Shown piece by piece: positions 1-7,550 of a DNA stretch of 10,824 bases (its first letter is position 1; each line of letters starts with the position of its first letter). The notes beneath the pieces are model-generated. The model searched no databases, had not been told where the DNA came from, and saw nothing but the letters and a program-made list of their open reading frames with translations. The translations under genes were made by a program, and so were the position numbers. The DNA lies in the IMG/VR virus record IMGVR_UViG_2690316273_000014; one strand, given 5' to 3'. This DNA is from a virus (Duplodnaviria; Heunggongvirae; Uroviricota; Caudoviricetes).

Positions 1-1284
1 CTACTTCTTCGCCTCTGCAACCACTTTGCTACCCACGCCGCGGTTATTGTATTCCCACATGCGGTTGTAGTTAGTGTCATTCAGATTGCGCTGTACTTCG
101 TCGTTATCATCAACGCTGCCGGTGTTACCCGCAAACGGACGATTAGAGATCACCGCATCAGCCCACGGTTTGGCTGTGTTAAAACCTTCGTTGATGGCGC
201 TATCACGGATCACTACCTGACCGTTGGTATTGGCATCAACATCCAGCGAGCGGCCCAGTTGCGCCACGCCATCACCGGAAGCATTGAAACGGCTGTTTAC
301 GGCGAGGAAACCGTAGTAAATGTTGGACAGCGTAGCCGGTGCAAACACATACGCTTCTTGCTGGGTACGGGAGTTCACCACGCGGAATTCGGTGTTATCG
401 AACACCACTGCGCCGCGACCAGAAACGATATCCACATCCCCTTCAATATAGCTGTTGGTCACCAGCGTACGCGGCTGGCGATTCGTTTCCAGACGGTTCT
501 GCACACCGCTGTTGGTGACAAAGAAGGTGTTCTGACGACCGAGAATGTTGACGTTATTGATCTGCACTTTGTCGCCATCAGTACGCAGTGCCACCGCCGG
601 ATGGTTACCCGCATCTACGCTATCGCCCAGCGTGTTTTCGATGGTCAGGTTTTGCAGTTGCAGGCCATTGTTTTGTGACCAGAAGACCGCAGAGCAGAGA
701 ACACCGATACTGTCGCTGCGTTTACTCTGGCAGCTATCGTACATATACCACGCCGGTTTACCTGGCATATATTTGCCGCGCGGGTTGACGTCGTGACGCC
801 AGTCGGCAGGGCTCATGCCACCATCAAGGGAAAGCCCAATCTTCACATCAATCGGTTTTTCACCTGTACCGTACAGAGTAATTCCACCCGGAGCGGCAGG
901 GACATACACCGTTCCCTGATACTCACCAGGCATCACGGCAATATACTGGCGCTTGTTGGTACGCTTGATAATTGCCGCATCTACCGCCGCCTGAATCGTG
1001 GTATGCGTTACACCTTGAGTACCCGCCGGGCCGACAACAAAGTCAGGTTGCGCAGGCAGGGTAATCGGGGAAGGATTCCACGCTGCCGCACCTGGTGTCA
1101 GGGATGCAAAATAGTGTTGAGCATCGAAATTCTGCGCTTCTTTTGCCGACAGAATCGGGCGAGAAGAGGTACCAGGCGCGGTTTGATCAGAAGGACGTTG
1201 ATCGGGCGGTGTTGAGCTACAGGCGGTCAGCGTCACGCCAAAAGCCAATGCCAGCGCCAGACGGGAAACTGAAAATGTGTTCAC
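1..1284 (-). CDS. ybhC: Host outer-membrane lipoprotein YbhC (pectinesterase-like / acyl-CoA thioesterase family), complete
   Basis: Complete 427-aa ORF with stop at 1..3. N-terminus MNTFSVSRLALALAFGVTLTAC looks like a lipoprotein signal with lipobox cysteine. Recognised from memory as E. coli YbhC, the gene on the gal side of lambda attB; no search run. Confidence 0.85.
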   Translation of the reverse strand: MNTFSVSRLALALAFGVTLTACSSTPPDQRPSDQTAPGTSSRPILSAKEAQNFDAQHYFASLTPGAAAWNPSPITLPAQPDFVVGPAGTQGVTHTTIQAAVDAAIIKRTNKRQYIAVMPGEYQGTVYVPAAPGGITLYGTGEKPIDVKIGLSLDGGMSPADWRHDVNPRGKYMPGKPAWYMYDSCQSKRSDSIGVLCSAVFWSQNNGLQLQNLTIENTLGDSVDAGNHPAVALRTDGDKVQINNVNILGRQNTFFVTNSGVQNRLETNRQPRTLVTNSYIEGDVDIVSGRGAVVFDNTEFRVVNSRTQQEAYVFAPATLSNIYYGFLAVNSRFNASGDGVAQLGRSLDVDANTNGQVVIRDSAINEGFNTAKPWADAVISNRPFAGNTGSVDDNDEVQRNLNDTNYNRMWEYNNRGVGSKVVAEAKK

Positions 1285-1322
1285 AGGTTGCTCCGGGCTA
1301 TGAAATAGAAAAATGAATCCGT

Positions 1323-1430
1323 TGAAGCCTGCTTTTTTATACTAAGTTGGCATTATAAAAAAGCATTGCTTATCAATTTGTTGCAACGAACAGGTCACTA
1401 TCAGTCAAAATAAAATCATTATTTGATTTC
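1323..1430. mobile_element. attL: Prophage left attachment site attL (B-O-P'): 15-bp core plus P' arm with IHF and Int arm-type sites
   Basis: Exact lambda core GCTTTTTTATACTAA at 1331..1345, preceded by host-like tgaagcct and followed by phage-like gttggcattataaaaaagcattgc. IHF-like TATCAATTTGTTG at 1371..1383. Arm-type-like repeats caGGTCACTATCAGTCAAAATAAAATCATTAT at 1391..1422. Int begins immediately after. Confidence 0.9.
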
Positions 1431-2489
1431 AATTTTGTCCCACTCCCTGCCTCTGTCATCACGATACTGTGATGCCATGGTGTCCGACTTATGCCCGAGA
1501 AGATGTTGAGCAAACTTATCGCTTATCTGCTTCTCATAGAGTCTTGCAGACAAACTGCGCAACTCGTGAAAGGTAGGCGGATCCCCTTCGAAGGAAAGAC
1601 CTGATGCTTTTCGTGCGCGCATAAAATACCTTGATACTGTGCCGGATGAAAGCGGTTCACGACGAGTAGATGCAATTATGGTTTCTCCGCCAAGAATCTC
1701 TTTGCATTTATCAAGTGTTTCCTTCATTGATATCCCGAGAGCATCAACATGCAATGTTGTAGGGATGGCAATTTTTACGCCTGTTTTGCTTTGTTCGACA
1801 TAAAGATATCCATCTACGATATCAGACCACTTCATTTCGCATAAATCACCAACTCGCTGCCCGGTAACAACAGCCAGTTCCATTGCAAGTCTGAGCCAAC
1901 ATGGTGATGATTCTGCAGCTTGATAAATTTTCAGGTATTCGTCAGCCGTAAGTCTTGATCTCCTTACCTCTGATTTTGCTGCGCGAGTGGCAGCGACCGG
2001 GTTTGTTGTTATATGGCCTTCAGCTATTGCCTCTCGGAATGCATCGCTCAGTGTTGATCTGATTAACTTGGCTGACGCCGCCTTGCCCTCGTCTATGTAT
2101 CCATTGAGCATTGCCGCAATTTCTTTTGTGGTGATGTCTTCAAGTGGAGCATCAGGCAGCCCCCTCCTTATTGCTTTAATTTTGCTCATGTAATTTATGA
2201 GTGTCTTCTGCTTGATTCCTCTGCTGGCGAGGATTTTTTCGTAGCGATCAAGCCATGAATGTAACGTAACAGAATTATCACTGTTGATTCTCGCTGTCAG
2301 AGGCTTGTGTTTGTGTCCTGAAAATAACTCAATATTGGCCTGTATTGCTTCAGTGATTGCTATCCTCCTGTCTCGGCCTAAACCAAACTCTTTACCCGTC
2401 CTTGGGTCCCTGTAGCAGTAATATCCATTGTTTCTTATATAAAGGTTAGGGGGTAAATCCCGGCGCTCATGACTTCGCCTTCTTCCCAT
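1419..2489 (-). CDS. int: Lambda-type integrase (tyrosine recombinase), 356 aa
   Basis: ORF translation MGRRRSHERRDLPPNLYIRNNGYYCYRDPRTGKEF...RGREWDKIEIK matches lambda Int as recalled, same length. Sits next to the attL P' arm. Confidence 0.97.
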   Translation of the reverse strand: MGRRRSHERRDLPPNLYIRNNGYYCYRDPRTGKEFGLGRDRRIAITEAIQANIELFSGHKHKPLTARINSDNSVTLHSWLDRYEKILASRGIKQKTLINYMSKIKAIRRGLPDAPLEDITTKEIAAMLNGYIDEGKAASAKLIRSTLSDAFREAIAEGHITTNPVAATRAAKSEVRRSRLTADEYLKIYQAAESSPCWLRLAMELAVVTGQRVGDLCEMKWSDIVDGYLYVEQSKTGVKIAIPTTLHVDALGISMKETLDKCKEILGGETIIASTRREPLSSGTVSRYFMRARKASGLSFEGDPPTFHELRSLSARLYEKQISDKFAQHLLGHKSDTMASQYRDDRGREWDKIEIK

Positions 2490-2685
2490 TTCTGATCCTC
2501 TTCAAAAGGCTACCTGTTACTGGTCGATTTAAGTCAACCTTTACCGCTGATTCGTGGAACAGATACTCTCTTCCATCCTTAACCGGAGGAGGGAATATCC
2601 TGCATTCGCGCACCCATCGACGAACTGTTTCAAGGCTTCTTGGGCGTCGCTGGCGTGCGTTCCACTCCTGAAGTGTCAAGTACAT
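2467..2685 (-). CDS. xis: Excisionase Xis, 72 aa
   Basis: MYLTLQEWNARQRRPRSLETVRRWVRECRIFPPPVKDGREYLFHESAVKVDLNRPVTGSLLKRIRNGKKAKS matches lambda Xis as recalled. Its 3' end overlaps the int start by 23 nt, as in lambda. Confidence 0.95.
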   Translation of the reverse strand: MYLTLQEWNARQRRPRSLETVRRWVRECRIFPPPVKDGREYLFHESAVKVDLNRPVTGSLLKRIRNGKKAKS

Positions 2686-2724
2686 CGCAAAGTCTCCGCA
2701 ATTACACGCAAGAAAAAGCCGCCA

Positions 2725-2892
2725 TCAGGCGGCTTGGTGTTCTTTCAGTTCTTCAATTCGAATATTGGTTATGTCTGCATGTGCTATCTGCGCCCATATC
2801 ATCCAGTGGTCATAGCAGTCATTGATGTTCTCTGCTTCGATAACTCTGTTGAATGGTTCTCCATTCCATTCACCTGTGACTCGGAAGTGCAT
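2725..2892 (-). CDS. Small hypothetical protein, 55 aa (lambda orf55-like)
   Basis: Below the 60-aa track cutoff; translated by hand from ATG at 2892 to TGA at 2725..2727: MHFRVTGEWNGEPFNRVIEAENINDCYDHWMIWAQIAHADITNIRIEELKEHQAA. Length and position upstream of xis fit lambda orf55; the sequence match itself is not verified. Confidence 0.5.
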   Translation of the reverse strand: MHFRVTGEWNGEPFNRVIEAENINDCYDHWMIWAQIAHADITNIRIEELKEHQAA

Positions 2893-3134
2893 TTATCATC
2901 TCCATAAAACAAAACCCGCCGTAGCGAGTTCAGATAAAAGAAATCCTCGTCAGTGCGAGGATGCTGTTCATTGCTGCTATACACTTTTTTGCTCTCAACG
3001 TAAGCGGTAGCTCATTCTGTTGGGTTGGTGCAGTTGCTTTTAGGAAATGCTATTTACCCCTTAAACGTCGGCTGAAAGAGCTAAAATCCATGCAAAAAAT
3101 TTACGCAATTTTGTGTATTATTGTGCAGTAAGTA

Positions 3135-3737
3135 ATGAGCTATTTTCTGCGCAAAAAATGGATGGTAAATTTGTCCGGGGCAGGAAAAATTTTATGGGCG
3201 CTAAACATGAAAAAAGATTTGTATCCTTATTTGATTTGCATGACAGTTTCAGGCCTGATCTTTATTTTCTTTTTCTTCTGGTGGCGGGCAGATATTTACA
3301 GGGTCACGTTTCTTAATCAGAGTATATCCCACTATTACATTCTGTTTAGCATGGGAATAGCTTTTCTGTTATCTCTGTTTTGGGTTAAGAAGGGGATAGT
3401 AAAACAAAGCGGCTGGAAGAGTCTGTCAGCATACCTTAAGGTTTATGCAGGGATGTGCATATTTGCTGGATTTTTTCTGATTATACCCCTTACAACACTA
3501 ACTTATTTTTTGCCTGGAGAGACATCGTCTTATGTTGCACCGTATCGGTATACTTCCGGTAGTTCAAAAAGTTGTTCTGGAGCTGAGGTGGATGACCCCG
3601 ATCTACATGAGAATATTCGCATTTGCTATCCGTATGGCAATTATGAGTACGATAATATTATCTATGTTGAAAAGAAAATTAATACATTAGGTGCGGTAGT
3701 AACATATGCACAGACCGCGCGTGATGATACTGAATGA
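3135..3737 (+). CDS. Hypothetical integral membrane protein (about 3 predicted TM helices plus C-terminal soluble tail); opposite-strand accessory gene in the ea/b region
   Basis: 200-aa ORF on the strand opposite to all neighbouring early genes. Hydrophobic stretches LICMTVSGLIFIFFFFWW, YYILFSMGIAFLLSLFWV and VYAGMCIFAGFFLIIPLTTLTYFL. Region is visibly AT-rich. Start is uncertain: ATG at 3135, 3162 or 3207, none with a strong Shine-Dalgarno. Possible promoter elements TTTACG/TATTAT near 3101..3125 are weak. No lambda gene is recalled here. Confidence 0.5.
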   Translation: MSYFLRKKWMVNLSGAGKILWALNMKKDLYPYLICMTVSGLIFIFFFFWWRADIYRVTFLNQSISHYYILFSMGIAFLLSLFWVKKGIVKQSGWKSLSAYLKVYAGMCIFAGFFLIIPLTTLTYFLPGETSSYVAPYRYTSGSSKSCSGAEVDDPDLHENIRICYPYGNYEYDNIIYVEKKINTLGAVVTYAQTARDDTE

Positions 3738-3771
3738 GATAGTATATAGCGGGCAAGTTTTAGTTAATTTA

Positions 3772-3803
3772 TCGAGGTAATATAATTTACCTCGACTCGT
3801 TTA
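3772..3803 (+). terminator. Candidate intrinsic terminator downstream of the + strand membrane ORF
   Basis: Perfect 9-bp inverted repeat TCGAGGTAA (3772..3780) / TTACCTCGA (3787..3795) with loop TATAAT, followed by T-rich CTCGTTTATTCTGG. The T tract is interrupted and the stem is AT-rich, so strength is uncertain. Confidence 0.4.
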
Positions 3804-3947
3804 TTCTGGTATTAATATTTCGCTTTACGATCGATTTTTATCTGATGATATTATGCGGTTTTCATATACTGACTTACTGTCTTTTCTCCGTTAGCGATTT
3901 TCTCCTGCTCAGCGATGATTTTATCTTTGGCTTCTAGTTAATTTCGC

Positions 3948-4169
3948 TCACTTCGAACCTCTCTGTTTACTGATAAGTTCCAGATCCTCCTGGCAACTTG
4001 CACAAGTCCGACAACCCTGAACGGCCAGGCGTCTTCGCTCATCTATGGGATCGCCACACTCACAACAATGAGTGGCAGATATAGCCTGGTGGTTCAGGCG
4101 GCGTATTTTTATTGCTGTGTTGCGCTGTAATTCTTCAATTTCTGATGCTGAATCAATGATGTCTGCCAT
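3948..4169 (-). CDS. DksA/TraR-family C4-type zinc-finger protein (phage TraR-like), 73 aa
   Basis: MADIIDSASEIEELQRNTAIKIRRLNHQAISATHCCECGDPIDERRRLAVQGCRTCASCQEDLELISKQRGSK has a CxxC-(x17)-CxxC arrangement and a size typical of TraR-like proteins. GGAAG sits 4 nt upstream of the ATG. Confidence 0.75.
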   Translation of the reverse strand: MADIIDSASEIEELQRNTAIKIRRLNHQAISATHCCECGDPIDERRRLAVQGCRTCASCQEDLELISKQRGSK

Positions 4170-4220
4170 CTTCCATTAATCCCTGAATTGTTGGTTAATA
4201 CGCTTGAGGGTGAATGCGAA

Positions 4221-4245
4221 CAATAAAAAAGGAGCCTGTAGCTCC
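4221..4245 (-). terminator. Candidate intrinsic terminator in the leftward transcript, upstream of the TraR-like gene
   Basis: On the - strand: hairpin GGAGC-tacag-GCTCC (plus 4231..4245) directly followed by TTTTTTATT (plus 4222..4230). Stem is short (5 bp, GC-rich). Confidence 0.45.
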
Positions 4246-4267
4246 CTGATGATTTTGCTTTTCATGC

Positions 4268-4483
4268 TCACCGTTCCTTAAAGACGCCGTTTAACATGCC
4301 GATCGCCAGGCTTAAATGAGTCGGTGTGAATCCCATCAGCGTTACCGTTTCGCGGTGCTTCTTCAGTACGCTACGGCAAATGTCATCGACGTTTTTATCC
4401 GGAAACTGCTGTCTGGCTTTTTTGATTTCAGAATTAGCCTGACGGGCAATACTGCGAAGGGCGTTTTCTTGCTGAGGTGTCAT
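4268..4483 (-). CDS. Hypothetical protein, 71 aa from ATG at 4483 (track gives a 93-aa version from ATG at 4549)
   Basis: ORF in the leftward operon between the orf63-like gene and the TraR-like gene: MTPQQENALRSIARQANSEIKKARQQFPDKNVDDICRSVLKKHRETVTLMGFTPTHLSLAIGMLNGVFKER. No recognisable motif. Start choice unresolved and Shine-Dalgarno weak for either. Confidence 0.4.
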   Translation of the reverse strand: MTPQQENALRSIARQANSEIKKARQQFPDKNVDDICRSVLKKHRETVTLMGFTPTHLSLAIGMLNGVFKER

Positions 4484-4559
4484 TGAACAAGTCCCATGTC
4501 GGCAAGCATAAGCACACAGAATATGAAGCCCGCTGCCAGAAAAATGCATTCAGTGGTTG

Positions 4560-4751
4560 TCATACCAGGTCTCTCTCATCTGCTTCTGCTTTCGCCACCA
4601 TCATTTCCAGCTTTTGCGAAAGGGATGTGGCTAACGTATGAAATTCTTCGTCTGTTTCTACTGGTATTGGCACAAACCTGACTCCAATTTGAGCAAGGCT
4701 ATGTGCCATCTCAATACTCGTTCTTAACTCAACAGGAGATGCTTTGTGCAT
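4560..4751 (-). CDS. Small hypothetical protein, 63 aa (lambda orf63-like by size and position)
   Basis: 63-aa ORF overlapping the downstream end of the orf60a-like ORF by 28 nt, the same overlap recalled for lambda orf60a/orf63. Sequence identity to lambda orf63 not verified. Confidence 0.55.
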   Translation of the reverse strand: MHKASPVELRTSIEMAHSLAQIGVRFVPIPVETDEEFHTLATSLSQKLEMMVAKAEADERDLV

Positions 4752-4906
4752 ATCGCCTCCCGTTTATTATTTATCTCCTCAGCCAGCCGCTGGGCTTTCA
4801 GTGGATTTTGGATAACAGAAAGGCCGGGAAATACCCAGCCTCGCTTTGTAACGGAGTAGACGAAAGTGATCGCACCTACCCGGATATTATCGTGAGGATG
4901 CGTCAT
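4724..4906 (-). CDS. Small hypothetical protein, 60 aa (lambda orf60a-like by size and position)
   Basis: ATG at 4906 overlaps the exo stop codon (4903..4905) in an ATGA arrangement, giving 60 aa, as recalled for lambda orf60a. The track's ATG at 4912 would add two residues. Confidence 0.55.
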   Translation of the reverse strand: MTHPHDNIRVGAITFVYSVTKRGWVFPGLSVIQNPLKAQRLAEEINNKREAICTKHLLLS

Positions 4907-5583
4907 CGCCATTGCTCCCCAAATACAAAACCAATTTCAGCCAGTGCCTCGTCCATTTTTTCGATGAACTCCGGCACCATCTCGTCAAAACTCGCCATGT
5001 AATTTTCATCCCGCTCAACCACGACATAATGCAGGCCTTCACGCTTCATTCGTGGGTCATAGTTGGCAAAGTACCAGGCATCTTTTCGCGTCACCCACAT
5101 GCTGTACTGCACCTGGGCCATGTAAGCCGACTTTATGGCCTCGAAACCACCGAGCCGGAATTTCATGAAATCCCGGGAGGTAAACGGGCATTTCAGTTCA
5201 AGGCCGTTGCCGTCACTGCATAAACCATCGGGAGAGCAGGCGGTGCGCATACTTTCGTCGCGATAGATGATCGGGGATTCAGTAACATTCACGCCGGAAG
5301 TGAACTCAAAGAGGGCTCTGGCGTCGTTCTCGTACTGTATTCCCCAGGCCAGCGCCTTAGCGTTAACTTCCGGAGCCACACCGGTGCAAACCTCGGCAAG
5401 CAGGGTGTGGAAGTAGGACATTTTCATGTCAGGCCATTTCTTTCCGGAGCGGGGTTTTGCTATCACATTGTGAACTTCTGAAGCGGTGATGACGCCGAGC
5501 CGTAATTTGTGCCACGCATCATCCCCCTGTTCGACAGCTCTCACGTCGATTCCGGTACGCTGCAGGATAATGTCCGGTGTCAT
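4903..5583 (-). CDS. exo: Lambda exonuclease (Red-alpha), 226 aa
   Basis: [65 protein letters not shown]...GFVFGEQWR matches lambda Exo as recalled, with a few apparent substitutions. 4-nt overlap with the bet stop. Confidence 0.97.
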   Translation of the reverse strand: MTPDIILQRTGIDVRAVEQGDDAWHKLRLGVITASEVHNVIAKPRSGKKWPDMKMSYFHTLLAEVCTGVAPEVNAKALAWGIQYENDARALFEFTSGVNVTESPIIYRDESMRTACSPDGLCSDGNGLELKCPFTSRDFMKFRLGGFEAIKSAYMAQVQYSMWVTRKDAWYFANYDPRMKREGLHYVVVERDENYMASFDEMVPEFIEKMDEALAEIGFVFGEQWR

Positions 5584-6365
5584 ACAGCCACCTTCTGTTC
5601 AGAGGCTTTCTGTTTCAGGAATCCAAGAGCTTTCATTGCTTCTGCCTGTGTCAGTTCTGACGATGCGCGAATGTCGCGGCGAAATATCTGGGAACAGAGC
5701 GGCAATAAGTCGTCATCCCATGTTTTGTCCAGGGCAATCAGCAGAGTGTTAATCTCCTGCATGGTTTCATCGTTAACCGGAGTGATGTCGCGTTCCGGCT
5801 GGCGTTCTGCAGTGTATGCAGTATTTTCGACAATGCGCTCGGCTTCATCCTTGTCATAGATACCAGCAAATCCGAAGGCCAGACGGGCACACTGAATCAT
5901 AGCTTTATGCCGTAACATCCGTTTAGGATGCGACTGCCACGGCCCCGTGATTTCTCTGCCTTCGCGGGTTTTGAATGGTTCGCGGCGGCATTCATCCATC
6001 CATTCGGTAACGCAGATCGGATGATTACGGTCCTTGCGGTAAATCCGGCATGTACAGGATTCATTGTCCTGCTCAAAGTCCATGCCATCAAACTGCTGGT
6101 TTTCATTGATGATGCGGGACCAGCCATCAACGCCCACCACCGGAACGATGCCGTTCTGCTTATCAGGGAAGGCGTAAATTTCTTTCGTCCACGGATTAAG
6201 GCCGTACTGGTTGGCGACGATCAACAATGCGATGAACTGCGCATCGCTGGCATCGCCTTTAAATGCCGTCTGGCGAAGAGTGGTGATCAGTTCCTGTGGG
6301 TCGACAGAATCCATGCCGACACGTTCAGCCAGCTTCCCTGCCAGCGTTGCGAGTGCTGTACTCAT
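5580..6365 (-). CDS. bet: Bet single-strand annealing protein (Red-beta), 261 aa
   Basis: [66 protein letters not shown]... matches lambda Bet as recalled, same length. Overlaps exo by 4 nt; gam ends 5 nt upstream. Confidence 0.97.
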   Translation of the reverse strand: MSTALATLAGKLAERVGMDSVDPQELITTLRQTAFKGDASDAQFIALLIVANQYGLNPWTKEIYAFPDKQNGIVPVVGVDGWSRIINENQQFDGMDFEQDNESCTCRIYRKDRNHPICVTEWMDECRREPFKTREGREITGPWQSHPKRMLRHKAMIQCARLAFGFAGIYDKDEAERIVENTAYTAERQPERDITPVNDETMQEINTLLIALDKTWDDDLLPLCSQIFRRDIRASSELTQAEAMKALGFLKQKASEQKVAV

Positions 6366-6370
6366 CCGTT

Positions 6371-6667
6371 TTATACCTCTGAATCAATATCAACCTGATG
6401 GTGAGCAATGGTTTCAACCATGTACCGGATGTGTTCTGCCATGCGCTCCTGAAACTCAACATCGTCATCAAACGCACGGGTAATGGCTTTTTTGCTGGCC
6501 CCGTGGCGTTGCAAATGACCGATGCATAGCGATTCAAACAGGTGCTGGGGCAGGCCTTTTTCCATGTCGTCTGCCAGTTCTGCCTCTTTCTCTTCACGGG
6601 CTATCTGCTGGTAGTGACGCGCCCAGCTCTGAGCCTCAAGACGATCCTGAATGTAATAAGCGTTCAT
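6371..6667 (-). CDS. gam: Gam (RecBCD inhibitor), 98-aa short form
   Basis: [60 protein letters not shown]...[10 protein letters not shown] matches lambda Gam from the internal start. Strong AGGAG Shine-Dalgarno precedes this ATG. Confidence 0.92.
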   Translation of the reverse strand: MNAYYIQDRLEAQSWARHYQQIAREEKEAELADDMEKGLPQHLFESLCIGHLQRHGASKKAITRAFDDDVEFQERMAEHIRYMVETIAHHQVDIDSEV

Positions 6668-6788
6668 GGCCGAACTCCTGAAAATGGCTGTGAAAATATC
6701 GCCCGCGAAATGCCGGGCTGATTAGGAAAACAGGAAAGGGGGTTAGTGAATGCTTTTGCTTGATCTCAGTTTCAGTATTAATATCCAT
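6636..6788 (-). other. Out-of-frame remnant of the Gam long-form N-terminal extension, overlapping the 3' remnant of kil (6743..6793)
   Basis: ORF from ATG at 6788 reads [34 protein letters not shown], the recalled lambda GamL N-terminus, then continues [16 protein letters not shown] to a stop at 6636..6638 instead of joining MNAYY. The kil C-terminal coding frame ([16 protein letters not shown]-stop, ending 6743..6745) is present in another frame but has no in-frame ATG. Confidence 0.6.
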
Positions 6789-6921
6789 TTTTTGGGACTC
6801 CTGGCTGATTAAGTATGTCGATAAGGCGTTTCCATCCGTCACGTAATTTACGGGTGATTCGTTCAAGTAAAGATTCGGAAGGGCAGCCAGCAACAGGCCA
6901 CCCTGCAATGGCATATTGCAT
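6778..6921 (-). CDS. cIII: CIII (FtsH inhibitor) with altered C-terminus, 47 aa
   Basis: Hand translation from ATG at 6921: [47 protein letters not shown]-stop. First 46 residues match lambda CIII as recalled (54 aa), including the amphipathic core. AAGGAG Shine-Dalgarno upstream. Confidence 0.85.
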   Translation of the reverse strand: MQYAIAGWPVAGCPSESLLERITRKLRDGWKRLIDILNQPGVPKNGY

Positions 6922-6993
6922 GGTGTGCTCCTTATTTATACATAACGAAAAACGCCTCGAGTGAAGCGTAATTGGTATGCGGTAACGCCGCGC

Positions 6994-7362
6994 TCAGGCG
7001 GCCTTGATAGTCATATCATCTGAATCAAATATTTCTGATGTATCGATATCGGTAATTCTTATTCCTTCACTACCATCCATTGGAGGCCATCCTTCCTGAC
7101 CATTTCCATCATTCCAGTCGAACTCACACACAACACCATATGCATTTAAGTCGCTTGAAATTGCTATAAGCAGAGCATGTTGCGCCAGCATGATTAATAC
7201 AGCATTTAATACAGAGCCGTGTTTATTGAGTCGGTATTCAGAGTCTGACCAGAAATTATTAATCTGGTGAAGTTTTTCCTCTGTCATTACGTCATGGTCG
7301 ATTTCAATTTCTATTGATGCTTTCCAGTCGTAATCAATGATGTATTTTTTGATGTTTGACAT
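6994..7362 (-). CDS. ea10: Ea10-like early protein, 122 aa
   Basis: 122-aa acidic ORF MSNIKKYIIDYDWKASIEIEIDHDVMTEEKLHQINNFWSD... between cIII and the N-proximal cargo, the position and size of lambda ea10. GAGGA Shine-Dalgarno before the ATG. Identity recalled with moderate certainty. Confidence 0.6.
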   Translation of the reverse strand: MSNIKKYIIDYDWKASIEIEIDHDVMTEEKLHQINNFWSDSEYRLNKHGSVLNAVLIMLAQHALLIAISSDLNAYGVVCEFDWNDGNGQEGWPPMDGSEGIRITDIDTSEIFDSDDMTIKAA

Positions 7363-7380
7363 CTGTTCATATCCTCACAG

Positions 7381-7408
7381 ATAAAAAATCGCCCTCATCT
7401 TGGAGGGC
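7381..7408 (-). terminator. Candidate intrinsic terminator in the pL transcript, just upstream of ea10
   Basis: On the - strand: hairpin GCCCTC-caagat-GAGGGC (plus 7391..7408) followed by GATTTTTTAT (plus 7381..7390). Would be overridden by N antitermination. Confidence 0.5.
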
Positions 7409-7550
7409 AAAGAAGATTTCCAATAATCAGAACAAGTCGGCTCCTGTTTAGTTACGAGCGACATTGCTCCGTGTATTCACTCGTTGGAATGAATACACAG
7501 CGCTGTGTTTATTCTGTTGTTTGCGTGAAAATGAAATCCGCCTGAGCGGG

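Noticed and set aside
259-1316. Several + strand ORFs (139, 83, 66, 140 and 73 aa) inside ybhC
   Set aside because: All are antisense to, and entirely within, the well-supported 427-aa ybhC ORF. They have no start context and odd arginine/cysteine-rich composition typical of antisense frames.
1987-2193. 68-aa + strand ORF inside int
   Set aside because: Antisense to integrase, which matches lambda Int along its whole length.
2554-3010. + strand ORFs of 117, 61 and 62 aa, and a 61-aa - strand ORF at 2799..2984
   Set aside because: They overlap xis and the orf55-like ORF on the opposite strand or in alternative frames, with no ribosome-binding site. The hand-translated 55-aa ORF at 2725..2892 fits the lambda layout better.
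5486-6483. + strand ORFs of 88 to 156 aa and a 77-aa - strand alternative frame
   Set aside because: All lie within exo or bet, which are full-length matches to lambda. These are spurious overlapping frames.
6991-7548. 11-nt inverted repeat CGCTCAGGCGG (6991..7001) and its complement (7538..7548) flanking ea10
   Set aside because: About 14 such 11-mer inverted matches are expected by chance in 10.8 kb. Each copy is also explained locally as a coding 3' end or a small hairpin.
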